Positions 60,399 to 64,000 of a stretch of 64,000 nt of DNA are shown one piece after another. The first letter of the stretch is position 1. Every line of letters begins with the position of its first letter. The DNA is from an uncultured Poribacteria bacterium (GTDB taxonomy: Bacteria; Poribacteria; WGA-4E; WGA-3G). Under the pieces are notes generated by a model. The model saw nothing but the letters and a program-made list of their open reading frames with translations. It ran no database searches and was not told the DNA's origin. Position numbers and translations under genes: made by a program. The stretch lies in NCBI GenBank assembly GCA_958296135.2, contig CATQHZ020000001.1, positions 1,728,001 through 1,792,000 on the forward strand, in the 5' to 3' direction.

Positions 60399-60892
60399 AG
60401 ATGAGTGAGGTTCTTAACGAAATCCAGAAGCGGGTTGGCGAAGAAAGTCTTATTAGTTCGTGTAGCGGCGGCGGATGTCGGGTGGACATGACAGATATCC
60501 CGCGCGAACGAGTGGTGGTAGATGTTGACATGGCATTCCAAGTACATCAAAAAACAGGAAAACGATGCGACAGGATGCTTTTTCACGGCAACCCTGCAGA
60601 AGATAGACTCGTTGCAGTTTTGATAGAACTCAAGAGCGGCACCTTCAAAGCAACTAATGTGTCTGAACAACTGCAAGGAAGTGCACATTTCGCGGCTACT
60701 TTAATCCCACGAAATATTAAAACTGTCTGCATCCCGCTAGTGTTCTACGGAGATAGAGTTCACAGAGCACAAAGCGGAAAACTACAAGAGGCTGCCGTCC
60801 GGTTCCGTAACCGAAGAATTCCTATTACACGGAGCAAATGTGGGGTATCCAAGAACTTAGCAAATGTGCTGTCCGGATTAGGGCATCTTTGA
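60395..60892 (+). CDS. Putative PD-(D/E)xK nuclease-fold protein
   Basis: GTGA overlap with the ATPase stop; KRCD...LIELKSG...QL motif. Confidence 0.6.
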   Translation: MKMSEVLNEIQKRVGEESLISSCSGGGCRVDMTDIPRERVVVDVDMAFQVHQKTGKRCDRMLFHGNPAEDRLVAVLIELKSGTFKATNVSEQLQGSAHFAATLIPRNIKTVCIPLVFYGDRVHRAQSGKLQEAAVRFRNRRIPITRSKCGVSKNLANVLSGLGHL

Positions 60893-60933
60893 GGGAGACC
60901 GGCACGGCGCGGAACAGACCTTCGCCCAACAAT

Positions 60934-61587
60934 TCAGCGAAGTGCCGACACAACCTCCCTCAGCGCAGCTTCCTCCTGCGCAAGGGTTTTGAGCTCCGGA
61001 TTCAACTCCACAGCGCGTGTGAGCGAAGCCACCGCTTTCGGCACATTATCCTCTAGTGCATACGCGCACGCGAGATTGTAGTGGAGCAACGCAACTCCCG
61101 GGAACATCTCAAGCGCGCGCTGGCACGTCTGACGCGCATCAGCAGGGAGATTCTGCTGGAGATACGCTGTCGTCAAATTGACGTAGCCTTCCGCAATATC
61201 CGGGGCCATTTCAATTACCGTTTTGAAACTCGCCACGGCGTGCGCATGTTGCCCCGCCTGCAGATACGCCTGCCCAAGGTTGTTGTGTGCAGACGGCTCT
61301 TTCGTGAAGAACAGCGTGCGCTTTTTATTCGCAATCGCTTTCTGATACACTTCGATCGCCTGCGCCGCATCGCCGTCGCGCATTAAGAAAACTGCCTTCC
61401 GATAGTCGTCGTTGAACTGCGTCTGGTGATGCCACACCCACAGAAATAACAGTGTTGCGGCAAGGCAAAAGGACATCACAACGATTCTGAAGGTTTTATT
61501 CGTCGGAGTGAGCTCCTGTTCGTGATTTTCTGAGGCACCCTCTGCTGGCGGAGCATGCTCCTGAGACTGATTTTTTTTTGAGGACAT
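60934..61587 (-). CDS. Membrane-anchored TPR protein
   Basis: TM segment, then AHNNLGQAY, GYVNL, HYNLACAYAL repeats; start uncertain. Confidence 0.82.
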   Translation of the reverse strand: MSSKKNQSQEHAPPAEGASENHEQELTPTNKTFRIVVMSFCLAATLLFLWVWHHQTQFNDDYRKAVFLMRDGDAAQAIEVYQKAIANKKRTLFFTKEPSAHNNLGQAYLQAGQHAHAVASFKTVIEMAPDIAEGYVNLTTAYLQQNLPADARQTCQRALEMFPGVALLHYNLACAYALEDNVPKAVASLTRAVELNPELKTLAQEEAALREVVSALR

Positions 61588-61592
61588 AATAG

Positions 61593-62651
61593 ATGAAAAC
61601 TTACGGTTTTGGTATTATCGGCTGCGGCATGATTGCCGATTTTCATTCCGCCGCTATCTCTGAACTAGAATACGGAAAACTCGTCGCTGTCAGTTCCCGA
61701 AACACCGACAACGCAAAACGGCTTACTGACAGATACAACGTCGACAGTTACGCCGATTACACCGAGATGCTCAAACGCGATGACCTGGACATTGTCTGCG
61801 TTTGCACGCCGAGTGGTGCGCATCTTGAACCCGCTGTCGCCGCCGCGGCAGCAGGCAAACACGTTATCGTTGAAAAACCGCTGGAAATTACCTTGCAACG
61901 GTGCGATGAAATCATCAACGCCTGTGATGCAGCCGGCGTTCGGCTCTGCGCCATCTTCAATTCCCGTTTCACCGAAAGCACGCAGCTCGTCAAATCGACG
62001 ATTGAGAGCGGCCGGTTCGGCAAACTCACCTTGGGCGATGCCTACATCAAGTGGTATCGTTCGCAAGACTACTACGACAGCGGCGGCTGGCGCGGCACTT
62101 GGAATCTTGATGGCGGTGGCGCGCTCATGAACCAATCCATCCACGCCATCGATCTGCTCCAATATTTCATGGGCCCCGTCAAAGCGGTGCAGGCGTTTAC
62201 CGATACACTGGCACACGAACGCATAGAAGTTGAAGATGCCGCTGTCGCCGCGCTGCGGTTTGAAAACGGCGCACTCGGTGTCATTGAAGGCACAACCGCC
62301 GCCTATCCCGGCCTGCTCAAGAAGACCGAAATATCGGGCACACACGGCACTGTCATCTTAGAGGAAGAGGACATCGTCAAATGGGAATTTGACCCGGAGC
62401 TTCCTGAAGACGCGGAGATTCGGCAGAACTTCGCACAGAAAACCGATACCGGCGGCGGTGCATCCGACCCGCGTGCTATCAACCATGCCAACCACCGCCG
62501 ACAGATGGAAAACCTGATCCGCGGCCTTGAAACCGACGCGTCGCATCTCGTTGATGGCCGCGAAGGACGCAAGGCAGTCGAGATTATCCTCGCTATCTAT
62601 CAGTCTAGCCGGGAGGGACGAATCGTTGAATTGCCGCTTTGTTGTTCCTAG
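61593..62651 (+). CDS. Gfo/Idh/MocA oxidoreductase
   Basis: GIIGCGMIA, TPSGAH, VEKPL, GGGALMNQSIHAID. Confidence 0.93.
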   Translation: MKTYGFGIIGCGMIADFHSAAISELEYGKLVAVSSRNTDNAKRLTDRYNVDSYADYTEMLKRDDLDIVCVCTPSGAHLEPAVAAAAAGKHVIVEKPLEITLQRCDEIINACDAAGVRLCAIFNSRFTESTQLVKSTIESGRFGKLTLGDAYIKWYRSQDYYDSGGWRGTWNLDGGGALMNQSIHAIDLLQYFMGPVKAVQAFTDTLAHERIEVEDAAVAALRFENGALGVIEGTTAAYPGLLKKTEISGTHGTVILEEEDIVKWEFDPELPEDAEIRQNFAQKTDTGGGASDPRAINHANHRRQMENLIRGLETDASHLVDGREGRKAVEIILAIYQSSREGRIVELPLCCS

Positions 62652-62850
62652 CGGTTGTTCAATTGCCTCCTCGCCGAGGACTGTGACTTATCAGGCCCAC
62701 TTGAAAACGGAGTGCGGGGGCCTGTCCCCCGCCATGCTGGGTATGACAATAGGCTTTCTTTTTTTCTTGTTTCACCAGACATGCAGAAAAAACAACATCT
62801 TTTCGGCCTGATAAGTCAACGTCACCGCCCCAGAAAATGTCAACCGCGCT

Positions 62851-63825
62851 TTACGCCAAGGCGAAAAAATCGAACACTATTTTAATCGCCTCGTCCTTTT
62901 TGTTCAGGGACATCTCAAAGCCGCGCTGCGCCTCAGTAAACGGCAGATGGTGCGTAATAATCGGCGAGACATCAAAGCGGCCCTGCGCAATCATATCCAT
63001 CGCCAAAGGGAAATCGTTCGGCGCATCGGGGCCGACGGAACCGATGAAGCGGATATTTTTCCTGAAGAAATCGGCGAAATGGAAATCGTAAACCTCGTCA
63101 TCCGGCACACCGAATGCGAGGAGCGTGCCATCCCTTTTGAGTAGTTGCAGGCACTGGTTGATAGTCTCTGTCTGATGCCCGACTACCTCAATAACCAGGT
63201 CTGCCATTTTCCCATCGGTAATCTCCGCCACCGCCGCGCCCGGGTCTTCGGTGGCGGCGTTGATCGTGTGCGTAGCACGCATTTGCTTCGATACCTCAAG
63301 CCGGAAATCAACCAGATCCGTGGTAATCACCGTCCGCGCGCCGAGGTTGCTCAGCATGTGCGTGAAGAGGAGTCCCATCGGCCCCTGCCCGATAACCACC
63401 GTATCCAGATTGAGCAGATTGCCCAACTTCCGGCATGCCCACACGACGGTTCCAAGCGGTTGCGCCATTAAGATGCAGTCTTTCCGGTCAAAGTCCACCA
63501 ACGGTAGCATGACGCTTTCGTTGGACAGAAAGTATTCGGAGAGCCCACCGATGTAGCGCGGGAGCGCGAGCACCTCATCGCCGGGCTTGAACTTTTCCGA
63601 TTTGCTGTCGGTGACAACGCCGATTGCCTCGTGAATGGAAAGCCCCGGCTGAAACGGGTAATTCTCCTGCGGAGACTCCTGCACGAACGATGGCATATCA
63701 CTGCCACAGATGGCACTATGCCGGGTCTGAATCATCACCGTGCCATCCGGATAATCCGCCAAATCGGGTTTTTCGATGTCAATAATCTCAATGTGACGTG
63801 GTGCAACAATTTGCCCAGCTTTCAT
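62851..63825 (-). CDS. Medium-chain (zinc-binding family) dehydrogenase
   Basis: ICGSD, IHEAIG, IGQGPMG, IITH; lacks the four-Cys structural-zinc lobe. Confidence 0.88.
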   Translation of the reverse strand: MKAGQIVAPRHIEIIDIEKPDLADYPDGTVMIQTRHSAICGSDMPSFVQESPQENYPFQPGLSIHEAIGVVTDSKSEKFKPGDEVLALPRYIGGLSEYFLSNESVMLPLVDFDRKDCILMAQPLGTVVWACRKLGNLLNLDTVVIGQGPMGLLFTHMLSNLGARTVITTDLVDFRLEVSKQMRATHTINAATEDPGAAVAEITDGKMADLVIEVVGHQTETINQCLQLLKRDGTLLAFGVPDDEVYDFHFADFFRKNIRFIGSVGPDAPNDFPLAMDMIAQGRFDVSPIITHHLPFTEAQRGFEMSLNKKDEAIKIVFDFFALA

Positions 63826-64000
63826 AAAATCTCCTATTTTTGTAGGATTGACGCAGCCCTAACCCCGTAGGTATGGACGCGGGCGGAAACCATAGCATAG
63901 AAATCTGCCCTTACTACAGTCACAGCACTTGCGTGATTTCCAAAAAGTGCCCGATTTCAGACTGAAACTTCATTGAATCTTTTCTCTTACAATCGCGGGA

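Overview
Bacterial chromosomal window with about 50 CDSs and no rRNA, tRNA, CRISPR array or intact transposase. By inference it resembles Candidatus Poribacteria or a related lineage: five PhyH dioxygenases, three LamG proteins ending in KLxTTWGxLK, a WD40-dockerin-FlgD protein, a sulfatase and many sugar-acid enzymes. Housekeeping genes (rsmA, coaBC, gmk, lysA, rsgA, a divergent infA) sit among carbohydrate and organic-acid catabolic genes. Main points of interest: (1) a defence-like island of ParA ATPase + HEPN RNase + fused type IIG R-M enzyme, plus a separate ABC-ATPase/PD-(D/E)xK pair; (2) a cytochrome c lipoprotein with a 61-residue poly-Asp tail behind a consensus sigma-54 promoter with enhancer-like palindromes; (3) a layered set of REP-like palindromes, including a 50-bp hairpin inserted precisely into REP loops, REPs read in frame inside coaBC, and a 0.9-kb REP mosaic; (4) two PhyH enzymes lacking the HxD carboxylate (halogenase-like); (5) a uORF/alternative-hairpin leader before a stand-alone sigma-70 region-4 protein, downstream of infA-rsgA-GNAT; (6) a 14-repeat WD40 gene with near-identical repeats that vary at fixed positions. 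Products are assigned from recognised motifs only; no database searches were run.
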